A stretch of DNA of 64,000 nt from Muribaculum sp. (GTDB taxonomy: Bacteria > Bacteroidota > Bacteroidia > Bacteroidales > Muribaculaceae): assembly GCA_023667055.1 (NCBI GenBank), contig JAMPAV010000004.1:15132-79131 (forward strand), in the 5' to 3' direction. The position numbers and the translations under genes are program-made. Shown piece by piece: positions 1-8,213 of the stretch (positions are counted from its first letter, which is position 1; the number at the start of each line of letters is the position of its first letter). The notes under the pieces are model-generated. The model did no database searches, had not been told where the DNA came from, and saw nothing but the letters and a program-made list of their open reading frames with translations.

Positions 1-139
1 TTAATTTGAAAAACATCCTGATAGCCTTGATGAGTGGCATTGTTATTTTCGTACCCCTATATAAAAAATATTTCAGGGGGGATAACTAAGGCTAACTATG
101 AAACAGGATTCATCAGAAAATTCGACAATACACAACAAA

Positions 140-2038
140 ATGTCCGGATATGGACTTTTAGACGACATTGTTTCTCCGGCAGATGTCAGACACCTATCTT
201 TGGAACAACTTCCTCTGTTATGTTCTGATATTCGTCGCTATATCATCGATAATCTTTCGGTCAATCCGGGACATTTTGCCTCAAGTATGGGGGCCGTAGA
301 GATAATTGTGGCTCTACATTACGTATATGACACACCCTCTGATCATCTTTTTTGGGATGTAGGGCATCAGGCATACGCTCATAAACTACTTACCGGCAGG
401 AAAGAGGCTTTTGCAAAACAACGCACCAAAGGCGGTATCAGCGGTTTCCCATCCCCTTTGGAGTCTGAGTATGACACTTTTGTCACAGGTCATGCATCTA
501 ATTCCATCTCAGCCGCACTTGGCAGAGCCATTGCTGACCGTAATACTCCGGGAATGGAGAAATCAAAGACTGTAGCCGTTATTGGCGACGCTTCAATTGG
601 TGGTGGACTCGCATTCGAAGGCCTTAACAACGTTGCCAACTATCCCAATAATCTGCTCATTATACTCAATGATAACGATATGAGTATTGATGCGAATGTG
701 GGAGGACTTCATAGATACCTTTCTGAATTATCTACATCGGCTCGCTACAACAGATGGCGTGCTAAACTCTACAACGCCTTCCGACGCGAAGGGTTTGTCA
801 CGGAGGAGAGTAAAGGACGTATCCAACGCTTCGCAAATTCGCTCAAAAGTCTTGTAAGTGGCAAGCAAAATATCTTCGAGGGTCTGAATATTAGATATTT
901 CGGACCCTTCGATGGGCATGATGTGGTGAAACTCGTCAAGATTCTTCGCGACCTAAAGGATATGCAGACTCCACGACTGCTACATCTTCACACTGTAAAG
1001 GGTAAGGGCTACAAGAAAGCTGAAGACGACCCGGCCTCTTGGCATGCTCCCGGTAAATTTAATGCGCTTACAGGTGAAAAAATTTGTGGCGACAATAAAG
1101 ATTGTCCTCTGAATTGGCAGGAAGTATTCGGTCGCACTCTTGTGGAGCTTGCAAATAGTGATGATCGCGTGATGGCCGTCACTGCGGCCATGCCAAGCGG
1201 AACATCCGTCAGTCGCATGATGGAGGCGTATCCTAACCGTACCTTCGATGTCGGAATCTCGGAAGGTCATGCTGTAACGTTCTCTGCAGGACTCGCAACC
1301 GGTGGAAAACGCCCTTTCACAGCTATATATTCATCATTCCTCCAACGTGCATACGACAATATCGTAAATGATGTCTGCATTCAGGGTCTCCCTGTCACTT
1401 TTTGCATAGATCGCGCCGGAATCGTAGGTGAGGATGGTGTCACTCATCATGGTTTGCTCGACATTGCTTATCTTAGATGCATCCCAGGCATGAGAGTAGC
1501 CTCCCCTGCAGATGAGGAGACTCTGCGCAACCTTCTGTTTACGTCGCTTAAAACCAATGGCCCGCTTGCAATTCGCTATCCGCGAGGTAAAGCCACCACG
1601 CTCAACTGGCACACTCCAATGAAGGAAATTCCTGTGGGCAAAGGTCGCATTATCATTGAAAATGACAATACTAAGATAGCAATTCTCACTCTTGGTCCGG
1701 CTCTCCACGATGCAATGAAGGCAAGAGAAGAACTTGTAAAGAAAGGTATAGTGGTAGATATCTACGATATGATATGGGTAAAACCTCTTGACAGTGAACT
1801 TCTGCGTCATATCGTTGTTAATCACAATGTGATAGTGACAGTGGAAGATGGTGTCATCAACGGAGGGTTTGGAAGTGCAGTCACTGAATGGTGCCGTGAC
1901 AACTCATCGGGAATCGCTGTCCGCACTCTTGGGGCACCGGATTCTTGGGTTTCACACGGAAGCGTAGCAGAGCTAAAGAATGAATGTGGTTTTGACTCCG
2001 AAGGTATCATCTCCGCCGTTCTCTCCCTTAACTCTTAA
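140..2038 (+). CDS. dxs: 1-deoxy-D-xylulose-5-phosphate synthase
   Basis: Long ORF (track 98..2038). Transketolase-like TPP enzyme layout with GHQAYAHKLLTGR and IGDASIGGGLAFEGLNN motifs typical of Dxs. ATG at 140 (MSGYGLLDDI...) fits Dxs N-termini better than ATG at 98. The last codons and stop lie inside a CTTAACT heptamer repeat. Confidence 0.9.
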   Translation: MSGYGLLDDIVSPADVRHLSLEQLPLLCSDIRRYIIDNLSVNPGHFASSMGAVEIIVALHYVYDTPSDHLFWDVGHQAYAHKLLTGRKEAFAKQRTKGGISGFPSPLESEYDTFVTGHASNSISAALGRAIADRNTPGMEKSKTVAVIGDASIGGGLAFEGLNNVANYPNNLLIILNDNDMSIDANVGGLHRYLSELSTSARYNRWRAKLYNAFRREGFVTEESKGRIQRFANSLKSLVSGKQNIFEGLNIRYFGPFDGHDVVKLVKILRDLKDMQTPRLLHLHTVKGKGYKKAEDDPASWHAPGKFNALTGEKICGDNKDCPLNWQEVFGRTLVELANSDDRVMAVTAAMPSGTSVSRMMEAYPNRTFDVGISEGHAVTFSAGLATGGKRPFTAIYSSFLQRAYDNIVNDVCIQGLPVTFCIDRAGIVGEDGVTHHGLLDIAYLRCIPGMRVASPADEETLRNLLFTSLKTNGPLAIRYPRGKATTLNWHTPMKEIPVGKGRIIIENDNTKIAILTLGPALHDAMKAREELVKKGIVVDIYDMIWVKPLDSELLRHIVVNHNVIVTVEDGVINGGFGSAVTEWCRDNSSGIAVRTLGAPDSWVSHGSVAELKNECGFDSEGIISAVLSLNS

Positions 2039-2049
2039 CCCTTAACTCT

Positions 2050-2139
2050 AATGTCACTAAATTAATCACCGAAATCATCGGTTTTCCTCCTGTGTAAGGG
2101 GCTTCAAGCCCCCTAATACAATGCTAATTTAGAGACATT
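2050..2139. repeat. ~90 nt hairpin element with 15 nt terminal inverted repeats, sitting inside the heptamer array
   Basis: AATGTCACTAAATTA (2050-2064) pairs with TAATTTAGAGACATT (2125-2139) at 14 of 15 positions. Internal hairpins are ACCGA/TCGGT and AGGGGC-TTCAA-GCCCCT. It contains the dispersed motif copy at 2075-2112. Confidence 0.5.
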
Positions 2140-2140
2140 G

Positions 2141-2184
2141 CTCTTAACTCTTAACTCTTAACTCTTAACTCTTAACTCTTAACT
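2141..2184. repeat. Tandem heptamer array (CTCTTAA / TTAACTC) x6
   Basis: Six perfect 7 nt units read directly at 2141-2182. Three more units (CTTAACT, CTTAACC, CTTAACT) lie at 2027-2047 on the other side of the 90 nt element and overlap the dxs stop codon. Confidence 0.9.
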
Positions 2185-2215
2185 ATCAAGTTTCGTTTGT
2201 GAAATTTGAATAAGT

Positions 2216-3550
2216 ATGAAAATTATAATTGCCGGGGCAGGTGAAGTCGGTTCGCATCTTGCCAAGATGCTGAGTAATGAGAACCAGGACATTATCGTTA
2301 TCGATAGTGACCAGGATAAACTTGACATTCTTGATTCCCACTATAATCTTATGACTCTCAATGGCTCTACGTCCTCGTTTGAGGCCATGAGAAGTGCGGG
2401 TATTAACAATGCCGACTTGTATATTGCCGTGACACCTTACGAAACAAGGAATATAGCCTCTTGTTGCATAGCTAAGAAACTCGGTGTAAAAAAGACTGTG
2501 GCCCGTATTGATAATTATGAGTTCATGAGACCGGAAAATCGCCAGATTATCCGTGCTATGGGCATCGACACTCTTATATATCCTGAATTTGTAGCCTCCC
2601 AAGCCATCGACCTTTCACTTTCTCACAATTGGGCAAGGTATTGGGCCGAGCTTGGCAACGGACAGTTAAATCTTATTGGGGTCAAGATTCGAGACAACTC
2701 AAAGTTGTGCGGAGTGAAATTGAAGGATATGCCTGTCTCGGCACATCATTTCCATGTGTCGGCTATAAAGCGTAACGCTGAGACTGTGATTCCCGGTGGT
2801 AACGACACTATAGAAAACAACGATATTGTGTATTTCATCACGACTCCTGAATATGTAGAGGAAGTGCGTGAACTTTGTGGCAAGCGTTCAAAGATCATAA
2901 AGAAGGTAATGATAATGGGCGGAAGCCAGATCGCCTTGCGTTTCTGCAAGGATTTCCACGATAAATATCAGATTCTTATTCTCGACATAAATCGCGACCG
3001 TTGCGAGTTTCTCGCCGCAGAGTTGCCGGATGTGGAGGTCATAAATGGCGATGGTCGTGATGTGGAGGTGCTTCGTGACAACAATGTGTATCAGTATGAC
3101 GCATTCGTAGCGCTCACAAATCAGTCTGAGACAAACATACTTTCATGTCTTACTGCCAAGGATTTCGGTGTGGTCAAAACTATAGCGGATGTCGAGAATC
3201 TTCAGTTTTTCAGCCTTGCTGAGAATTTAAACATCGGCCATGCCATCAACAAGAAACTTATGGCGTCTTCAAGCATATTCCAGATCATGCTTGATTCCGA
3301 TGAGTCCAATTCCAAGTTTCTTGCCCTCGCTGATGCTGAGGTCTGTGAGATGGAGGTTAAACCTAAGGCAAAGATCACTCGCCATCCGGTCAAAGACCTG
3401 AATCTCCCATGGGGGATGACACTTGCCGCTCTCATTCGTGATGGTAAGGCTGAACTTATCAGCGGTATGACTCACATAGTGGAAGGTGACCACGTCGTGG
3501 TATTCTGCCTGACCGGTACAATTTCAAAAATAGAAAAGTGGTTCAACTGA
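2216..3550 (+). CDS. trkA: Trk potassium uptake system, NAD-binding subunit TrkA
   Basis: 444 aa with two Rossmann GxGxxG segments (IIIAGAGEVGSHLA and VMIMGGSQIALRF), each followed by an RCK C-terminal-like region. Adjacent to and overlapping trkH. Confidence 0.9.
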   Translation: MKIIIAGAGEVGSHLAKMLSNENQDIIVIDSDQDKLDILDSHYNLMTLNGSTSSFEAMRSAGINNADLYIAVTPYETRNIASCCIAKKLGVKKTVARIDNYEFMRPENRQIIRAMGIDTLIYPEFVASQAIDLSLSHNWARYWAELGNGQLNLIGVKIRDNSKLCGVKLKDMPVSAHHFHVSAIKRNAETVIPGGNDTIENNDIVYFITTPEYVEEVRELCGKRSKIIKKVMIMGGSQIALRFCKDFHDKYQILILDINRDRCEFLAAELPDVEVINGDGRDVEVLRDNNVYQYDAFVALTNQSETNILSCLTAKDFGVVKTIADVENLQFFSLAENLNIGHAINKKLMASSSIFQIMLDSDESNSKFLALADAEVCEMEVKPKAKITRHPVKDLNLPWGMTLAALIRDGKAELISGMTHIVEGDHVVVFCLTGTISKIEKWFN

Positions 3551-5019
3551 CAGTTAGAAAACGGGCATACATTAACCTGCGTATGCTCCTGCGCGTTATT
3601 GGCTGGTTGCTCATGGTGCTCGCCTGCTTCATGACCCTCCCGCTCATCACATCATTCATTTATGATGACTCGCTCGCTATGCCCATGCTGATTTCGATGG
3701 GTGTCACATTTGCCGCCGCATTTTCTCTTATGAGTCTCCGCACACGGAGTCATGACATGGGAAAACGCGAGGCCATTCTTCTCACATCTCTTATCTGGGT
3801 CATCCTGTCGCTGTTTGCGATGCTGCCGTTTCTTCTTTATGGCTCGCATCCCAGTGTGACAGATGCATTTTTTGAGACCATGAGCGGATTCACCACGACC
3901 GGGACCTCTGTGCTTAGCAGTGTTTCCACTCTTCCTCACTCTCTTCTTCTCTGGCGCTGTCTGATGCAGTGGATAGGCGGCCTTGGTATCATTCTATTCA
4001 CCCTGGCTGTCATCCCCATGCTTAACAATAAAGGTGGAATGCTCATGTTTAATGAGGAAGTCACCGGCATAACTCATGATAAGATACGTCCTCGTGTGAG
4101 CAACACAGCAAAATCTCTTTGGCTCATATATATCACCCTTACGCTTCTTTGCATCGTATCTTTATGGCTCACCAAGATGAATCTATTTGAAGCCATCTGC
4201 CACGGGCTCTCCACTATGTCAACAGGTGGATTCTCTACAAACGACATGCACATTCATGAATGGAACAGTCCCTACATTATCATTATCCTTACGGTGTTTA
4301 TGTTCATAGGGGGTGTAAATTTCAATCTTATTTTCGCCGCCGTATGTGGAAATGTGAAACGTCTTTTCAAAAACGATGCTTTCATCTGGTTCTGTATTGT
4401 GATTGGAATAGGATATATGGTGTTCCTGATTTCTATGTGGCGCAATGGTCTCATAAATTCTTGGGAAGATGCCACTATCACGCCTCTTTTTCAGAGTGTG
4501 GCTGTGCTCTCCTCCACAGGTATCATGGTGCCTGACTTTGTGAAATGGGGACCTCTCGCCTATCTTGTGCTTATCATATTCATGGCCATAGGAGGATGCG
4601 CCGGGAGTACCTCTGGTGGTGCCAAACTTGACAGATTCATTATTATGTACCGCTTCCTTCGCAACGAGATGTATTGCACCATGAATCCATCCGCAGTGAA
4701 AGCTGTGAAACTAAACGGCAAAGGCATTAGCTATGACCGCACCATGAAGGTGCTGGCTTTCATTGCCATCTATTTTATGGTGGTTTTGGCTGGCGGCACA
4801 GCTCTCGCAATGCTTGGTGTGCCTCTTGCCGATAGTTTCTTCTATGCCCTGTCGTCAATCTCCAACTGCGGGATTGGCATAGATGTGGAAGGAGGAGGAA
4901 GCTGTTTCGCAATGATTCCTGACCTTGCAAAATGGATACTTAGCTTCATAATGCTAGTAGGGCGTCTTGAACTTTATACTGTCCTCCTCCTTTTCACCAA
5001 ATCTTTCTGGTTGAAATAA
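3538..5019 (+). CDS. trkH: Trk-type potassium transporter membrane subunit TrkH
   Basis: 493 aa polytopic membrane protein with repeated MSGFTTTG, STGGFST and SSTG selectivity-filter-like motifs. GTG start at 3538 overlaps the trkA end by 13 nt. The INLR..IG N-terminus argues against the later ATG at 3583. Confidence 0.85.
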   Translation: MVQLTVRKRAYINLRMLLRVIGWLLMVLACFMTLPLITSFIYDDSLAMPMLISMGVTFAAAFSLMSLRTRSHDMGKREAILLTSLIWVILSLFAMLPFLLYGSHPSVTDAFFETMSGFTTTGTSVLSSVSTLPHSLLLWRCLMQWIGGLGIILFTLAVIPMLNNKGGMLMFNEEVTGITHDKIRPRVSNTAKSLWLIYITLTLLCIVSLWLTKMNLFEAICHGLSTMSTGGFSTNDMHIHEWNSPYIIIILTVFMFIGGVNFNLIFAAVCGNVKRLFKNDAFIWFCIVIGIGYMVFLISMWRNGLINSWEDATITPLFQSVAVLSSTGIMVPDFVKWGPLAYLVLIIFMAIGGCAGSTSGGAKLDRFIIMYRFLRNEMYCTMNPSAVKAVKLNGKGISYDRTMKVLAFIAIYFMVVLAGGTALAMLGVPLADSFFYALSSISNCGIGIDVEGGGSCFAMIPDLAKWILSFIMLVGRLELYTVLLLFTKSFWLK

Positions 5020-5034
5020 GGCTCCTCAAGCCTT
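5018..5034. terminator. Short hairpin between convergent trkH and the alcohol dehydrogenase gene
   Basis: AAGGCT-CCTCA-AGCCTT stem-loop overlaps the trkH stop and is followed by AAAATTTT. The stem is weak (6 bp). Confidence 0.35.
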
Positions 5035-5058
5035 AAAATTTTATGAAAGTGGGTCTAA

Positions 5059-6222
5059 TCATTCTGCCATGCGGTAGATTGCTTCTGCCACTTCCTTATT
5101 CACCTTGATATAATTGCCGAAAACATTTCCCTTGTTTTCTACAACCTTTGAAGATAATAATGCAAAATCCGGATTCTCTATGCCGAGTTCCCTCATGTTG
5201 ACTGGCATGCCGATAGCTGAGAGAAATTTCTTCAAAGCCTCAATTCCGGCAATGGCTGCTTTTTTATCGTCTTTCTCGTCTATGTCAAACACGCGGCGTG
5301 CAAACTGGGCAATTTTCCATGGATTCTCTTCTGTTGCGTAGGTCATCCATGCCGGAAACATTACGGCAAGTCCTGCACCGTGCGTCACATCATACACCGC
5401 GCTTAATTCATGCTCCAGTCCATGTGTAGCCCAGTCATCGATACGCCCACATCCTGTCAGTCCGTTGTGTGCCATGGTTCCTGACCACATTATGTTGGCT
5501 CTTGCATCGTAGTCCTCCGGATTCTTTAACACCTTCGGGACCTCTTCTATAATGGCCTTCATTACTCCCTCGCCAAGACGGTCGGTCAGTTCCACACCCT
5601 TTGTATTGCTAAAATAACGTTCCATAAGGTGTGCCAACATGTCGGTTATACCGGCTGCAGTCTGATATGGCGGCAAAGAGAATGTAAGTTCGGGATTCAA
5701 GAGCGAGAATCTTGGACGAAGACAATCGCTTCCCATGCCGCGCTTGTGAAGCCCATCAAGTTTGGTTATCACGGTGTTACCACTACCCTCGCTGCCGGCT
5801 GCCGGAATCGTCAGAATCACACCTACGGGTAATGCCTTATTCACGGGAGTTCCACAATAGAAGTCCCAGAAATCTCCATCATAGCACATTGCAGCTGCAA
5901 TTGCCTTGGCCGTGTCTATGGTGCTACCTCCTCCTATTGCCAATAGCGAATCCACTCCTGCTTTCTTTGCAAGTTCGATGCCTTCATACACCTTTGTATC
6001 CACAGGATTGGGCTGTACGCCTCCAAGCTCGGCAAATTCTATGCCTGCATCTTTCAGGCTTTTTTTCACTCGGTCGAGTAGTCCGGATTTTATCACCGAC
6101 CCCTTGCCATATACGATAAGTGGCTTTTTCATACCAAATTCTGCAAGTTGCTCGGCAACCTGACATTCCACACTGCGGCCAAACACATATTTGGTGCGGG
6201 GATAAAAGACGAAATTTTCCAT
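5059..6222 (-). CDS. Iron-containing (group III) alcohol dehydrogenase, butanol dehydrogenase-like
   Basis: 387 aa with the GGGS.ID.AK motif (AIGGGSTIDTAKAIA) and His-rich metal site region (HGLEHELS, THGAG) typical of Fe-ADH. Confidence 0.85.
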   Translation of the reverse strand: MENFVFYPRTKYVFGRSVECQVAEQLAEFGMKKPLIVYGKGSVIKSGLLDRVKKSLKDAGIEFAELGGVQPNPVDTKVYEGIELAKKAGVDSLLAIGGGSTIDTAKAIAAAMCYDGDFWDFYCGTPVNKALPVGVILTIPAAGSEGSGNTVITKLDGLHKRGMGSDCLRPRFSLLNPELTFSLPPYQTAAGITDMLAHLMERYFSNTKGVELTDRLGEGVMKAIIEEVPKVLKNPEDYDARANIMWSGTMAHNGLTGCGRIDDWATHGLEHELSAVYDVTHGAGLAVMFPAWMTYATEENPWKIAQFARRVFDIDEKDDKKAAIAGIEALKKFLSAIGMPVNMRELGIENPDFALLSSKVVENKGNVFGNYIKVNKEVAEAIYRMAE

Positions 6223-6227
6223 TTTTT

Positions 6228-6758
6228 TTATTGTTTGATCATTTTAGTGAATAAGTGGGTGAAGAATTGGATGGGGCCTGAATCGCGAAAACCCAGTTGA
6301 CCATAGTAATCATGTAGCTGTGGTTTGTCAACATCTACAATAAGTGCAAATCTGTCGCAACCCATGGCTTTGCCATTTTGAATTGCAGCCATCATCAGAT
6401 TCTTTCCAATTGACTTGCCTCTAAATTTAGGTAGTATGGCCATTGAATCGAGATAATATTCGCCGGGAAGCGTTTCGTAAGGCGTATTATTCATCAAATC
6501 AGGGTCTATGTCTGTCCATAATTTTGGCCATGTATATTCTCTGAACTGTAAATACTTGTCGCCGGGATATGAAATGATGCAGCCGATTGGTTTCCCATCT
6601 TCTTCAGCTATCAATGCATTCTTCCAGGAGTACAAGCCAAAGTCGTCGGTACATACATCTGTCGCTTTTTCCAAATCTGAGGTATCCATATCGAGGGCTG
6701 TCAGCACTGTCCATGCCATAAATGCCGCATCTTCCAGCTTCGCTTTTCTTATTTCCAT
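6228..6758 (-). CDS. GNAT family N-acetyltransferase
   Basis: 176 aa with an acetyl-CoA binding R-x-x-G-x-G/A-like motif (FRGKSIGKNLM). The stop is 5 nt upstream of the ADH start, so the two are probably co-transcribed. Confidence 0.75.
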   Translation of the reverse strand: MEIRKAKLEDAAFMAWTVLTALDMDTSDLEKATDVCTDDFGLYSWKNALIAEEDGKPIGCIISYPGDKYLQFREYTWPKLWTDIDPDLMNNTPYETLPGEYYLDSMAILPKFRGKSIGKNLMMAAIQNGKAMGCDRFALIVDVDKPQLHDYYGQLGFRDSGPIQFFTHLFTKMIKQ

Positions 6759-7003
6759 CGTCGTTCTTATTTTCTCGCTAAATTAACAAAATTTCCCGAT
6801 ATTACAAAATTTAGATCCCATTTTTTTAACCAAATCGCTCAACTTTCTGATTTGGTAATTTGTCAATAAGATATAATATAACATTTTGGATAGTAAAAAT
6901 TTACCTCAATGCGAATCCGGCGAAGGCCGATTAGTGCGCGGATGGTTGAGGATTATTTTTATTAAAATTTTCTTTCCGACTTCAGTTGAATAAATATAAT
7001 TTT

Positions 7004-7041
7004 ATGCCGTTTGACGAGAAATATTTCTCGTCAAACGGCAT
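7004..7041. repeat. Perfect 38 bp palindrome
   Basis: ATGCCGTTTGACGAGAAAT followed by ATTTCTCGTCAAACGGCAT. The halves are exact reverse complements. It lies in the 400 bp divergent region between the GNAT and Rpn-like genes. Confidence 0.9.
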
Positions 7042-7158
7042 CCTATATGTCGGAACCACACAATTGAAAAATTAATGAATGAACAAAAAACATGATTAAT
7101 TTTTTGATAATTCAAATTTTATTGCTAATTTAGCGAAATAAAATAATCTCAAAGAATA

Positions 7159-8100
7159 ATGGAACATCATAATGATATTTTCATGAATTTGATGACCGAT
7201 TTCGGATTCAAGCGACTATTCGGTACGGAGAAATTCAAACATATATTGATAAGATTCCTCAACATTCTATTCAAAGAGGATGGAATACATGTGGATGATG
7301 TGATCTATCACGACAAGGAGGTGCTTCCTCCGGATTCCAACGGCAAGAGGATTGTCTATGACGTGTATTGCACAACAGTCAAAGACAAAGACCGCGAGCA
7401 TTTTATTGTGGAGATGCAACAAGTGTATCACTCCAACTTTGAGAAAAGAGTTATGTATTATCTCTCGAACGCCCTTACAGCCCAGGGCAAGAAAGGGAGA
7501 ATGTACGACCTTGACCCGGTGTTTGGAATTTTCATCGTTGATTTCAATTTCAAACATCTCTACAATAAACTTGTACAAGACTTCCGCATAATGGAAACGG
7601 AAACACATCAAGTGTTCTCAAACATTATGAGACTTCTGATTGTTTCCCTTGAAGAAGTGAAATCCACATGGAAAGAATGTGAAACAGAACTGGAACAGAT
7701 TACTTACATTATAAAAAACATGCATCTTATGGACAAGAATTCAGAAGCCTACAAAAGCAAAAAATACGAAGACATGTTTGATGCTGCCGAAATAAGCAGC
7801 ATGGCAGCTGAGGATGTAGTGACTTATGGTCAGTCGCAAAGGAAACTCGAGGATATGCAATTGGCTTACGACTGGGCAAGAAACGAAGGATATATCCAAG
7901 GAATGGAGCAAGGAATAGAACAAGGTATAGAACAAGGTATAAAGAAAGGTATAAAGAAAGGTATCGAACGTGGTATAAATCAAGGAAAAGTAGAAGGTAG
8001 AGAAGAAGGCATACGTATTACAGCCAGAAAACTATTTGACAATGGTATTGACCCAGATTTCATTTTTCAAGTCACCGGTCTAAATCTTGGTCAATATTGA
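7159..8100 (+). CDS. Rpn/YhgA-like PD-(D/E)XK nuclease family protein (putative recombination-promoting nuclease)
   Basis: 313 aa. The N-terminus FMNLMTDFGFKRLFG and D...EMQ..Y core (YDVYCTT...HFIVEMQQVYH) are typical of this family. The C-terminal tract has periodic G-I-E/K-Q/K-G repeats. Confidence 0.75.
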   Translation: MEHHNDIFMNLMTDFGFKRLFGTEKFKHILIRFLNILFKEDGIHVDDVIYHDKEVLPPDSNGKRIVYDVYCTTVKDKDREHFIVEMQQVYHSNFEKRVMYYLSNALTAQGKKGRMYDLDPVFGIFIVDFNFKHLYNKLVQDFRIMETETHQVFSNIMRLLIVSLEEVKSTWKECETELEQITYIIKNMHLMDKNSEAYKSKKYEDMFDAAEISSMAAEDVVTYGQSQRKLEDMQLAYDWARNEGYIQGMEQGIEQGIEQGIKKGIKKGIERGINQGKVEGREEGIRITARKLFDNGIDPDFIFQVTGLNLGQY

Positions 8101-8213
8101 TTCACATAGAAGCGGAGCCTAACAAAATAACAAAGTCTAACCAAGACTACAAAATTTTGAGTATATTTACGTAAACAAACGAATATATACAAAAATATAT
8201 CCTACCGACATTC

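Noticed and set aside
34-228. 64 aa ORF at the window start, and the ATG at 98 as the dxs start.
   Set aside because: The 64 aa ORF overlaps the dxs 5' end out of frame and has no features. The 14 extra residues from ATG 98 do not resemble Dxs N-termini, although 98 cannot be strictly excluded.
7159-8100. Rpn-like gene considered as the transposase of an insertion sequence.
   Set aside because: I found no terminal inverted repeats or target duplications flanking the gene. The family is not a demonstrated autonomous transposase. I kept it as a plain CDS.
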